Shown one piece after another: positions 38,017-46,677 of a DNA stretch of 64,000 nt. Under the pieces are notes generated by a model. The model made no database searches. It saw nothing but the letters and a program-made list of their open reading frames with translations, and had not been told where the DNA came from. Location of the stretch: the NCBI GenBank assembly GCA_021730935.1, contig JAKFYJ010000021.1:22451-86450 (forward strand), in the 5' to 3' direction. The translations under genes and the position numbers were made by a program. This stretch comes from Elusimicrobiota bacterium. GTDB lineage: Bacteria; Elusimicrobiota; Elusimicrobia; 2-02-FULL-39-32. Numbering within the stretch: the stretch's first letter is position 1; every line of letters starts with the position of its first letter.

Positions 38017-38592
38017 ATGAACAAGAACCGGCTTGAAGCTTTCAGCGACGGAGTCATCGCCATCATCATCACGATTATGGTCCTGGAACTCAAAGTTCCG
38101 CACGAACCCAATTTTTCCGCTCTCGCCGCCATGCTCCCCACATTTTTGAGCTATACCCTCAGCTATGTTTTCCTCGGCATTTATTGGAACAATCACCACC
38201 ACCTCTTTCAGGCGGCCAAACATGTCAATGGGCGCGTCTTGTGGGCGAACCTGCACTTGCTCTTCTGGCTCTCGCTTATTCCTTTTGCGACGGGCTGGAT
38301 GGGGGAAAACCATTTTGATCCTGTCCCTGTGGCGCTCTATGGCGTCATCATGCTCTTCTCCGGCATGGCTTATTATATTTTGGCTCAGGTCCTCATTTCT
38401 CACCACGGAAAGGATTCTTTGTTGGCTTCCGCGCTCGGCAACGACATCAAAGGAAAAATTTCACTAGTGATTTATGCCCTCACGCCTCCGCTGGCATTTG
38501 TGAACCCCTGGATCTCCTGCGCGCTTTATGTTGTGGTGGCCGTGATGTGGCTGGTTCCTGACCGGCGGATAGAAAAGAAAATTACGGCTTAG
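38017..38592 (+). CDS. TMEM175/DUF1211 family membrane protein (putative K+ channel family)
   Basis: N-terminal RLEAFSDGVIAIIITIMVLEL signature. Confidence 0.7.
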   Translation: MNKNRLEAFSDGVIAIIITIMVLELKVPHEPNFSALAAMLPTFLSYTLSYVFLGIYWNNHHHLFQAAKHVNGRVLWANLHLLFWLSLIPFATGWMGENHFDPVPVALYGVIMLFSGMAYYILAQVLISHHGKDSLLASALGNDIKGKISLVIYALTPPLAFVNPWISCALYVVVAVMWLVPDRRIEKKITA

Positions 38593-39623
38593 TTTTGGAT
38601 GACGGGCTCGGGCGGATTCGAAGCGATGGCTTCAATCATCTCGAGGAGTTCCTGGTGAGTTTTTGAGGAAAAAATCTTGGCCCGCATCTGGGCCGCCTGG
38701 GCAAAACCTTTCAGATACCACAGACAAATTTTACCGAGGGCTCCCACTTTCCCCGCCGAAGGCGAGGTCTCGCCCAAAAGGGGCGGACAGTCCGCAGAAT
38801 TTTCGTCAATCTCTTTGATCAGCCGCAGGTGTTTTATGAGCACGCGGAGTTTGCGCGCCAGGTCCATCGACGGTTTCCATTCCCCCGTGGCGAGATAAGT
38901 TTCAATTTCCTGAAATATGAAAGGGTTTCCGAAAGAGCCCTTGGCGATCAAAATTCCGTCGCACCCTGTCTCGTCAAACATTTTTTTTGCGAGGGGGGGA
39001 TTCAAGATGTTGCCGCTCCCGAAAACCGGAATTTTTACGGCTTCTTTGACGGCGCGAATGGCTTCATAGCTCACGGGGCCATAATTTTCCTGCGACCGTG
39101 ACCGCCCGTGCACGAACAGCGCCGAAGCGCCTGAATTTTCGATGCCTTTGGCGAACTGAACGGCCTGCGGAATGTCCACGGAGCTCAGGCCCACCCGCAT
39201 TTTGACGGTGATGGGCACGGGGAGATCTTTCGTCAATCTTTCGATCAGGCGATAAAGCGGATCTGATTTGCTGAAGAGGCAGGAGCCGGCCCCTTTCTTG
39301 AAAATTTTTCTGGCCGGGCAAGCGGCGTTGATGTCCAGGAAAGTGATGGGGGCCAGGTCCAGAATTTTGCGCGCGGCTTCAAGCATGATCTCGGGGTCCG
39401 TGCCCAACAGCTGGGCCGCGATCGGCGCGTCTCCAGGGGCAGTCCTCAGGATTCTGGACGATCTCGGAGAGCCCCACTTGAGAGAGAGCGAGTCGGACAT
39501 CTCGAAGAAACAGAACTTCGCTCCGTGTTCCCGCGCGATCAGACGGAACGGCAAATCCGAGCAGGCGGAGAGCGGCGCCAGAAAGATGTTGGTGTTGATT
39601 TCCCGATTTCCGATTCGAACCAT
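38589..39623 (-). CDS. tRNA-dihydrouridine synthase
   Basis: MVRIGNREINTNIFLAPLSACSDLPFR N-terminus and a TIM-barrel Dus family sequence throughout. Start at M76 of the longer ORF; M74 at 39629 is an alternative. Confidence 0.85.
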   Translation of the reverse strand: MVRIGNREINTNIFLAPLSACSDLPFRLIAREHGAKFCFFEMSDSLSLKWGSPRSSRILRTAPGDAPIAAQLLGTDPEIMLEAARKILDLAPITFLDINAACPARKIFKKGAGSCLFSKSDPLYRLIERLTKDLPVPITVKMRVGLSSVDIPQAVQFAKGIENSGASALFVHGRSRSQENYGPVSYEAIRAVKEAVKIPVFGSGNILNPPLAKKMFDETGCDGILIAKGSFGNPFIFQEIETYLATGEWKPSMDLARKLRVLIKHLRLIKEIDENSADCPPLLGETSPSAGKVGALGKICLWYLKGFAQAAQMRAKIFSSKTHQELLEMIEAIASNPPEPVIQN

Positions 39624-39639
39624 CGACATATTATATATA

Positions 39640-40533
39640 ATGAACCCTTCAATGAATTCAAAATATTCTCCCAACCGGCAAAGCCCGTTCCTCTCCGGCG
39701 TCGCGGTGGACCCGTCTCCGAGGATCGTTCTCGAAAAAGGATCCAAAGAGCTCACCATGCGCGCCATGGATTTGATCGCTCCCATCGGCATGGGCCAGCG
39801 CGGATTGATCGTGGCTCCGCCCGGATCCGGCAAGACCACGCTCCTCAAACACCTCTGCCAGTCCGTCGCGGCGGGATATCCCGAAGTGAAACTTTATGCC
39901 TTGCTGATCGACGAGCGCCCCGAAGAAGTGACCGATTTTAAACGCGCCATCCCCGCTCCCGTGTGGTCGTCCTCGTCTGACGAAACCTATGAACATCACA
40001 TCCAGATGGCGGACCAGCTCATCCAGCAGGCCATGAGCGAGGCGGGCGCCGGAGCCAATGTCATGATCGTGATCGATTCTCTCACTCGCCTTTCCCGCGT
40101 TCACAACGCGGAACAGCGCGGCGGCGGAAAGATCATGTCGGGGGGAGTTGGGGCAGGCGCCCTGGAAATCCCGCGAAGAATTTTCGGAGCGGCCCGGAAA
40201 ATCGAAAACGGCGGGTCCCTCTCCATCATCGCCACGATTCTGGTTGAAACGGGAAGCCGCATGGACCAGGTGATTTTTGAAGAATTTAAAGGCACGGGCA
40301 ACATGGAACTTGTCCTCTCGCGGGAAGTGGCCCAGCAGAGAATTTATCCCGCCATCGACATCGCCAAGAGCGGCACCCGCAAAGAAGAACTTCTCATGAC
40401 GCCGAAAGAGCTTTTGAAGACCCGCGAACTCCGCCGCGAACTCATCGGTTTGGGCCCTGTCGGCGCCGCCCAGGCTCTCTATGACAGGCTGTCCGTCACC
40501 TCCAACAACGAAAAACTTCTCGCTTCCATATAA
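39640..40533 (+). CDS. rho: Rho-like transcription termination factor ATPase domain only (no N-terminal RNA-binding domain)
   Basis: Collinear with the E. coli Rho C-terminal RecA-like domain, including the Walker A motif and the LIDERPEEV region. The first in-frame ATG (39640) corresponds to the linker after the OB fold; the upstream sequence is antisense dus. Confidence 0.8.
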   Translation: MNPSMNSKYSPNRQSPFLSGVAVDPSPRIVLEKGSKELTMRAMDLIAPIGMGQRGLIVAPPGSGKTTLLKHLCQSVAAGYPEVKLYALLIDERPEEVTDFKRAIPAPVWSSSSDETYEHHIQMADQLIQQAMSEAGAGANVMIVIDSLTRLSRVHNAEQRGGGKIMSGGVGAGALEIPRRIFGAARKIENGGSLSIIATILVETGSRMDQVIFEEFKGTGNMELVLSREVAQQRIYPAIDIAKSGTRKEELLMTPKELLKTRELRRELIGLGPVGAAQALYDRLSVTSNNEKLLASI

Positions 40534-41190
40534 ATGAAATCAGCTTTAATCCTCGGCGCGAGCGGCGCGGTCGGTTCCCATTGTCTGAATCTCCTCCTTG
40601 ACTCTCCTCGATATGAAAAAGTCACCGCCCTGGTCCGCACTCCGCTGGATGTTTCACATCCCAAACTTGTCCAGCATCCGGTTGATTTTGACCAGTTGAG
40701 AAAATATGAGCAAGTCGTCCGGGCTCAAGATATTTTTTGCTGTCTTGGGTCCACCACCAAAAAGTCCGGAAACCAGGCCGCATATTATAAAGTGGATTTC
40801 ACATATCCTTATGAGACCGCAAAAATCGCCTTGAGGAACGGCGCTGAACGATATGCTCTTGTGTCTTCAGTGGGAGCTTCTGTCTCTTCAAGATTTTTTT
40901 ATCTCCGTCTCAAAGGCGAGATCGAACGCGCTCTGACCTTGCTTCCCTTCAAAGCTCTGCACATTTTCCGCCCGTCTCTGATTCTGGCCGAGAGAAAGGA
41001 ATTTCGCTTGAACGAAACCACAGCCGTGGCCGCCGCCAAAGCCCTGTCGTTTATGTTTGTGGGTCCCATGGCCAAATACCGTCCGCTTGAAGCCGAAGAC
41101 ATTGCCCGCGCGATGGTGGGATCGTTCGAGGGGGATTCTCGCGATCACAAAATTTTTGATGTTCCAAAAATTAGGTCGCTCGCGCAATAA
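40534..41190 (+). CDS. NAD(P)H-binding (NmrA/atypical SDR-like) protein
   Basis: ILGASGAVGSHCL Rossmann motif, 218 aa. Confidence 0.6.
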   Translation: MKSALILGASGAVGSHCLNLLLDSPRYEKVTALVRTPLDVSHPKLVQHPVDFDQLRKYEQVVRAQDIFCCLGSTTKKSGNQAAYYKVDFTYPYETAKIALRNGAERYALVSSVGASVSSRFFYLRLKGEIERALTLLPFKALHIFRPSLILAERKEFRLNETTAVAAAKALSFMFVGPMAKYRPLEAEDIARAMVGSFEGDSRDHKIFDVPKIRSLAQ

Positions 41191-41200
41191 GGAGAAAAAT

Positions 41201-41518
41201 ATGCCAGAAATCAAAGTCATCGCAATCGCGAAAGCCAAACCGGGGAAAGAAAAGGCCCTTGAACAGGAACTTTTGGCCGTTATCCCGATCACGCACGAGG
41301 AGAAGGGCTGCATCGTTTACTCTTTACAGAAGTCCGTCCAGGAACAGGGCGTTTATGCCATGGTGGAACGCTGGGATTCCCAGGCCGATCTCGACCGCCA
41401 CCTGGCCGCGCCTCACATCCAAAGACTTTTCAAAAACATCGCCGACCTCGTGCAGGCTCCGCCCCAACTGCTGGTTCTGGAAACCGTCCCCGCTGGAAAG
41501 CCCGAAAAAAGGTTTTAA
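41201..41518 (+). CDS. antibiotic-biosynthesis-monooxygenase (ABM) family small protein
   Basis: MPEIKVIAIAKAKPGKEKALEQEL...; ABM-like ferredoxin fold, ~105 aa. Start chosen inside the longer ORF, which otherwise overlaps the previous gene. Confidence 0.55.
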   Translation: MPEIKVIAIAKAKPGKEKALEQELLAVIPITHEEKGCIVYSLQKSVQEQGVYAMVERWDSQADLDRHLAAPHIQRLFKNIADLVQAPPQLLVLETVPAGKPEKRF

Positions 41519-41573
41519 TTATAATTTTTTTTGAATACCCTCTTGACAGTTTTTTTATATCTGTTATAATATG

Positions 41574-41595
41574 TGAGTAATCACTTATAAATATG
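41574..41595 (+). promoter_or_regulatory. 22-bp conserved box (copy 1) ending in the tetR start codon
   Basis: TGAGTAATCACTTATAAATATG. Preceded by TTGACA (41543-41548) and TATAAT (41565-41570). Confidence 0.45.
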
Positions 41596-42180
41596 AACCT
41601 AATTATTGAGCATTCCAAGCGCAACACCCTCCTTCCTGAAATCCTTCAGGCGGCGGTCAAACTGTTTGTGGAAAAGGGGATTGAAGGAACCACAACCAAA
41701 GACATCGCCCGCGCCGCGAATGTTTCCGAAGGCGCTTTCTATCGCCACTTCAAAAGCAAGGACGAGCTGGCCTGGCACATCTTCTCCACTCATCTGAACG
41801 ATTTTTCAATGAAGCTCATGGGGGAAGTGAGCCGTCAAAAGGGGATGAAGCAGAAAATTCACGCCTATATCGACACCTGTTTCCGTGCATACGAAGAGGA
41901 TCCGGATCTCTTCACTTATCTGATCGTTTCAGAACACCGCGAATTCAAAAAATTCCCGGCGTCTTCCGTTCACATCGGGACCGTCGCTTTGAGGATGATT
42001 GAGGAAGGCCATAAATCCGGCGAATTAAAACCCCTGGACCGTTATGTCGCAGGGTCCATCATCGTGGGAACCGTCATTCGCATCTGCATTGTCCGGGGCC
42101 GCAACGATGAGATAAAAAACTTGAAGGAACATGTGGACTCCTTGTCGGAGAGCCTGTGGCAGGCCTTAAAAAATAAGTGA
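41593..42180 (+). CDS. TetR/AcrR family transcriptional regulator
   Basis: N-terminal HTH TTKDIARAANVSEGAFYRHFKSKDEL. Confidence 0.8.
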   Translation: MNLIIEHSKRNTLLPEILQAAVKLFVEKGIEGTTTKDIARAANVSEGAFYRHFKSKDELAWHIFSTHLNDFSMKLMGEVSRQKGMKQKIHAYIDTCFRAYEEDPDLFTYLIVSEHREFKKFPASSVHIGTVALRMIEEGHKSGELKPLDRYVAGSIIVGTVIRICIVRGRNDEIKNLKEHVDSLSESLWQALKNK

Positions 42181-42199
42181 GTAAATACTTATAAATATG
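42178..42199 (+). promoter_or_regulatory. 22-bp conserved box (copy 2) between tetR stop and the 880-aa membrane protein gene
   Basis: TGAGTAAATACTTATAAATATG, 20/22 identical to copy 1. It begins at the tetR TGA and ends 11 nt before ATG 42210. Confidence 0.45.
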
Positions 42200-42209
42200 G
42201 AGGCGCATT

Positions 42210-44852
42210 ATGTTTAATTTAATCTTCATTGGTTTATCGCTCGGACTTTTTGCGTTTGTCCTGTTCTTTTTTGCGGACGGTTCAAGAAAGTGTGAAGAAA
42301 AACAAGAGTATAAGGGCCCTGGGGTTGGGGGTTCAAATCCGGTTGCGGCGGGTCCTGGCTCATCAGGACTTTTCACGTCAGGCAGTGTCAAAACGCTTCT
42401 GTTCTCCGGTTCGGCTCTTCTCATATTTTCAGTTTATCTTTTCGTAAGATCTTATTGGGATTTTATACCGGATTACTGGAAATTTGCGTCTCTTGCCATT
42501 GTGACGACGCTCATCTATGGAACGGGGTGCCGCCTTTGGCGCTTGAAGACCACGCCAAAGACCGCCACCACGCTTCTTCTGCTTGGGCTGGCTCTTGTTC
42601 CTTTCAATGTTTACGCCGGCAATGTTCTGGTTTTTGGGAGAACCTTGAGCGCCGATTGGTCCTGGTTCATCGGTTCCGTTCTTTTTCTTCCGCTCGCATT
42701 GACGACAGCAAAGATGATTCCCATCGCGCCCTTGGGGTTTCTCATTGGGGGCAGTGTTCTCAGCGCGGCGTTTTTCGGCGTCAGATCCTGGCAGGGTTCT
42801 GAAGCCCTTCAGTCCGCGGCTCTTGCCGCGTCCACTCTGATCGTTCTCATTGTCAGGGTTCTGAATAAATCCGATGAAGATATTGAAACGGGATTGATGG
42901 TTCTTGTCCACTCAGGGCTTTTGGCGGTTTTTGCCTTTCTCTCGTTTCACAGATTTTTCTGGGCGGGACCCGGCCAGCTCGAAACCATGGCGACCCTGAT
43001 TTTCTTCGGCGCTTCCCACGCCCTCATTTCCAGATATTACGAACCTTCTTATGCTTATCCGGCTTCTGTATCCTTCGTCGCGGCCACGATCTTTTTTGTC
43101 CGTTTTCTGGGAGTTCCGCTTTATAAATATGGATATTTCCTGATTCCAGCCGGCATGGCTTCCCTTCTTCGGGCATGGACCTTTGAGCGCGGAAAACGGG
43201 AAGAACTCGCCAAACCTTATTTCCTGGCTGGACAGCTTTCTCTTGCCGCGTCCTTGATCGCATTGGCCCCCGCGTTCAGTTTGTCGGTCCACCCCGGCAT
43301 GGGGCCGCTCATGATCGTTCTGTTTGCCGCGACCGCCGCCTATGCCGCGGGAGGGGCCCTTTATCGAGAGCCGTTTTATACCTATGCCAGCGGCATCGTT
43401 CTTCTCTTTGTCACCTGGACAATGGTCTGGAGCCACAGCCTGGATTTCTCTTTCGGGATTTTATATTTCACCGCGGCCGCCTGCGGATTTTTGCTTTTCG
43501 GTTTTGCGGGAGGATATGCGGACGAAGATCAGATCGGTCAACCCCTCACGGTTTTGGGGCTGGCAACGCTTTCGATTTCGGTCGCAATGCTGGCCGGACG
43601 GTGGGGAAGTCAGCTCATGGAAACGGGAACCCTGATGTCCCAAATGTCTCCATCGCAATTGGATGCCGGTCTCTGGACGGGAATCATGAGCTTGGCGGCA
43701 TATGGATTTTTGGCCGCGGTTAAAAAGAAGGAGGGTTTCCTTTATCCGGCTCTCGTGAGCGCGACCTGGGTGTATATTTGCTGTCTGCAGAAAGTCAGCC
43801 TTCCCATCGATCTCCTGCATATGAGCGGAATTGTCATGGCCGCACTGGCGGTTCATTACGCTTTGGAGTCTCTGGGAAAAAGTGAATCGGCCCGCTGTTT
43901 CGCCTTGTGGGGACAAATGGCCGCGGTTTTTATCGGATGGGGGGCTTTGGCTTCGCAATCCTCTCAAGGGACGGCTGCGTTGCTCCTGTGCGCATTGTGC
44001 TTTCTCCCGGGATTATGGAGGGGCTCTGCGGTCCACGCCGTTCTGTTTCTGGCGGCGCTTTATACGGCGGATTATCTGTGGTATTCTCAGCTCGGAGGAG
44101 TTTTGGGCATCATCAGTTGGGCCGAATATGCTCTCCAGCTTATTTTGGTTAACCTCGCCGTCATCTGTCTCAGGACGATCCTCACCTATGCCCGGCCTCA
44201 GGTTTCCATTGAGCCGTTCCGAGTGTTCGGCCTGATGTTTTCTGTCCTCAGCCTGGTTCTTTCCCTTCACGACGTCAACATCGCCTGGCAGGTGTTTCTG
44301 GTTTATGGGATCGTTGGGCTGACCGTAAGTTATCTGCATTATGAAGGCCGTTATGCCCACATCCCCTGGATTCTGATTCTTGCCGCCTGCGAGCTTTTCC
44401 TCAAGGCCCGGCATGTTGAATACATTGAGGCCTATACGCTTCCGGTCGCGATATTCATGCTGGCCGCGGGCCGGGCAGTGGGAACTCAAAATAAAGGGAT
44501 GAGAGATTTTCTTTATGGCATGGCCCAGATCATGATCTATGCTCCGTCCTCCATTCAGGCGATGAACGAAACTTGGGAGTGGCACGGGATCTTCCTCGGC
44601 GTCTCAAGTCTTTCCATGATGGTTTATGGCATCCATCAGCGCAGTCGAATCATCGTCTTCCCGAGCTTCTGCATTCTCATCGGAAACGGGCTTCTGCAGT
44701 CCCGTCAATATTTCCTCACCGTGCCTCGCTGGATTTATCTTGGACTTGGAGGGATTACGCTCCTTACTCTGGGAGGTCTTTTCGAATTCCAAAGAGAAGT
44801 CATCTATAAAGTGAAAGACCGCTTTTCACAGACGGTGGAAGAGTGGGATTAA
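42210..44852 (+). CDS. large (880-aa) polytopic membrane protein of unknown function
   Basis: More than 20 predicted transmembrane helices across an uninterrupted ORF immediately downstream of tetR. Confidence 0.6.
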   Translation: MFNLIFIGLSLGLFAFVLFFFADGSRKCEEKQEYKGPGVGGSNPVAAGPGSSGLFTSGSVKTLLFSGSALLIFSVYLFVRSYWDFIPDYWKFASLAIVTTLIYGTGCRLWRLKTTPKTATTLLLLGLALVPFNVYAGNVLVFGRTLSADWSWFIGSVLFLPLALTTAKMIPIAPLGFLIGGSVLSAAFFGVRSWQGSEALQSAALAASTLIVLIVRVLNKSDEDIETGLMVLVHSGLLAVFAFLSFHRFFWAGPGQLETMATLIFFGASHALISRYYEPSYAYPASVSFVAATIFFVRFLGVPLYKYGYFLIPAGMASLLRAWTFERGKREELAKPYFLAGQLSLAASLIALAPAFSLSVHPGMGPLMIVLFAATAAYAAGGALYREPFYTYASGIVLLFVTWTMVWSHSLDFSFGILYFTAAACGFLLFGFAGGYADEDQIGQPLTVLGLATLSISVAMLAGRWGSQLMETGTLMSQMSPSQLDAGLWTGIMSLAAYGFLAAVKKKEGFLYPALVSATWVYICCLQKVSLPIDLLHMSGIVMAALAVHYALESLGKSESARCFALWGQMAAVFIGWGALASQSSQGTAALLLCALCFLPGLWRGSAVHAVLFLAALYTADYLWYSQLGGVLGIISWAEYALQLILVNLAVICLRTILTYARPQVSIEPFRVFGLMFSVLSLVLSLHDVNIAWQVFLVYGIVGLTVSYLHYEGRYAHIPWILILAACELFLKARHVEYIEAYTLPVAIFMLAAGRAVGTQNKGMRDFLYGMAQIMIYAPSSIQAMNETWEWHGIFLGVSSLSMMVYGIHQRSRIIVFPSFCILIGNGLLQSRQYFLTVPRWIYLGLGGITLLTLGGLFEFQREVIYKVKDRFSQTVEEWD

Positions 44853-45565
44853 AACATTTTTCACTCATTCTTTTGGCGCTGTTCGGCGCCGGAGCGCTGG
44901 AGGCCCGCGAAAAAGAGACGGTGGTTCTCCTGCACGGCATCCTGAACAAACCCTTCTTCATGAAGAAGATCGAAGGCGCGTTTATCAAAGAAGGATATGA
45001 GGTCGTCAACTGGGGATATCCAAGCACTGAGAAAACGATCGAAGAACACGCCAAGGATCTGGACAAATCCATGCAATCCCTCAGAGGCAAAAAAATTCAC
45101 TTTGTGGCGTTCAGCCTCGGCTCAATCCTGGTCCGATATTATCTCCGGCATTATCCGGGATCTGACGTTGGACGCTTTGTGATGATCGCGCCGCCCAACC
45201 ATGGATCCGAAATGGTGGACAAGCTTTATTCCGAAGCCTGGTTCCGATGGATCTATGGCGACAAATCGATCGAACAGCTTCAAAGCTCAAACTCGGAATT
45301 TCTCGTCAAGGAGTGCGGCATCCCTCAGTGCGAGTTCGGGATCATTGCAGGAGGCCTCGGGGACGGCAAGGGCTTTAACCCTCTGCTCAAAGGCGACAAC
45401 GACGGGACGGTTCCGGTGGAAAGCGCCCATCTCGAAGGGGCCAAAGACTTTGTTCTTCTTCCCTATGAACACACCGCGCTGATATTTTCGGACAAGACCT
45501 CCAGGAACGCGGTTCATTTCATCAGGAACGGAAAATTTATTCATAAGGATAAAAAAATAAAATGA
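44843..45565 (+). CDS. alpha/beta hydrolase (lipase/esterase-like), secreted
   Basis: Signal peptide and a GxSxG nucleophile elbow (AFSLGS), 240 aa. Confidence 0.65.
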   Translation: MGLKHFSLILLALFGAGALEAREKETVVLLHGILNKPFFMKKIEGAFIKEGYEVVNWGYPSTEKTIEEHAKDLDKSMQSLRGKKIHFVAFSLGSILVRYYLRHYPGSDVGRFVMIAPPNHGSEMVDKLYSEAWFRWIYGDKSIEQLQSSNSEFLVKECGIPQCEFGIIAGGLGDGKGFNPLLKGDNDGTVPVESAHLEGAKDFVLLPYEHTALIFSDKTSRNAVHFIRNGKFIHKDKKIK

Positions 45566-46677
45566 AAATTTTGATTCCGTCCGTCACCTGCGGCGGGGGG
45601 CATATGCAGGCGGCCTCTGCGCTTGAAGAAACCTGGAAAATCGTCCGCCCTGAGGATACCGTGAGGAAAGTGGACGTGCTTGATTTTACGCCGCGCATTT
45701 ATAAAAAGATTTATTCTGAAGGCTATGTGAAGCTGATTCAGCATGCCCCGGAGGTGTATTCGCATTATTTTGAAAAGACCGATGATCCCTCATTCATTAA
45801 AAGAATGACGCCTCTGCGCAGAATCACTTCGAGGTTTATGGCAAATCCTTTCGTGAAATATCTTAAAGAATTTTCGCCGGATCTGATGGTTTGTCCGCAT
45901 TTTCTGCCTCTGGAGATTATGGGCGCTTTGGGATCGAAACACTTTAAGAAAAGAAAACCCAAAGTGGTGTGCGTGGTGACGGACTTTGAAGCTCACGCGC
46001 TTTGGATGGAGCCCTGCGTGGATCTTTATTGTGTCGCCGCAGAAGAAACAAAAGCGCGTCTGGTGGCGCGCGGAGTTTCTGAAAAAAAAGTCATTCCCAC
46101 AGGCATCCCCGTGTCTTTAAGATTTTCCAGTCCGATCAATGCCAAAAAGGTGCGTAAAGGGTTGGGGTTCAGAAATGATCAAAAAACTCTTCTCGTTCTG
46201 GGCGGAGGTTTCGGCATGGGACCTCTGCCTCAAATCGTCAAAGAAGCGGATCGGATGAAGGTCCCTTTTCAAATCGTTGTGGTTGCCGGAAAAAACGAAA
46301 AACTTAAGAGAATTTTGGACTCAAAAAAATATCGGCATCCCATGAAAATATTCGGGTTTACCCATAACATGCACGAACTCATGGCGGCCTCTGACCTGAT
46401 TCTCACCAAGCCGGGGGGCTTGACCACTTCCGAATCTCTCGCGATGGGGAAACCTCTTTTCATCTTCAGTCCCATTCCGGGTCAGGAATCCGCAAACAGC
46501 GATTTTTTGCTCGAGCGAGGGGCCGCCATCAAAGCCAACCGCATTGAGGACATCCCCTTTCGGCTCGAACAGATTCTCCATTCGCCCAAGCTGGCCCTCA
46601 TGACGTCAGCCGCAAAATCGTTGGGGCACCCCAGGGCCGCAGTTCAAATCATTCAGGAGGCGGTGAAGCTCGCATGA
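45562..46677 (+). CDS. MGDG synthase / UgtP-like diacylglycerol glycosyltransferase (GT28 family)
   Basis: N-terminal ILIPSVTCGGGHMQAA motif and C-terminal GT-B nucleotide-binding half (TKPGGLTTSE). Confidence 0.7.
   Translation: MKILIPSVTCGGGHMQAASALEETWKIVRPEDTVRKVDVLDFTPRIYKKIYSEGYVKLIQHAPEVYSHYFEKTDDPSFIKRMTPLRRITSRFMANPFVKYLKEFSPDLMVCPHFLPLEIMGALGSKHFKKRKPKVVCVVTDFEAHALWMEPCVDLYCVAAEETKARLVARGVSEKKVIPTGIPVSLRFSSPINAKKVRKGLGFRNDQKTLLVLGGGFGMGPLPQIVKEADRMKVPFQIVVVAGKNEKLKRILDSKKYRHPMKIFGFTHNMHELMAASDLILTKPGGLTTSESLAMGKPLFIFSPIPGQESANSDFLLERGAAIKANRIEDIPFRLEQILHSPKLALMTSAAKSLGHPRAAVQIIQEAVKLA

Noticed and set aside
39268-39639. N-terminal 124-codon extension of the rho ORF
   Set aside because: It shows no similarity to the Rho N-terminal or OB domain and is the antisense strand of the dus coding sequence. 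The start was moved to ATG 39640.
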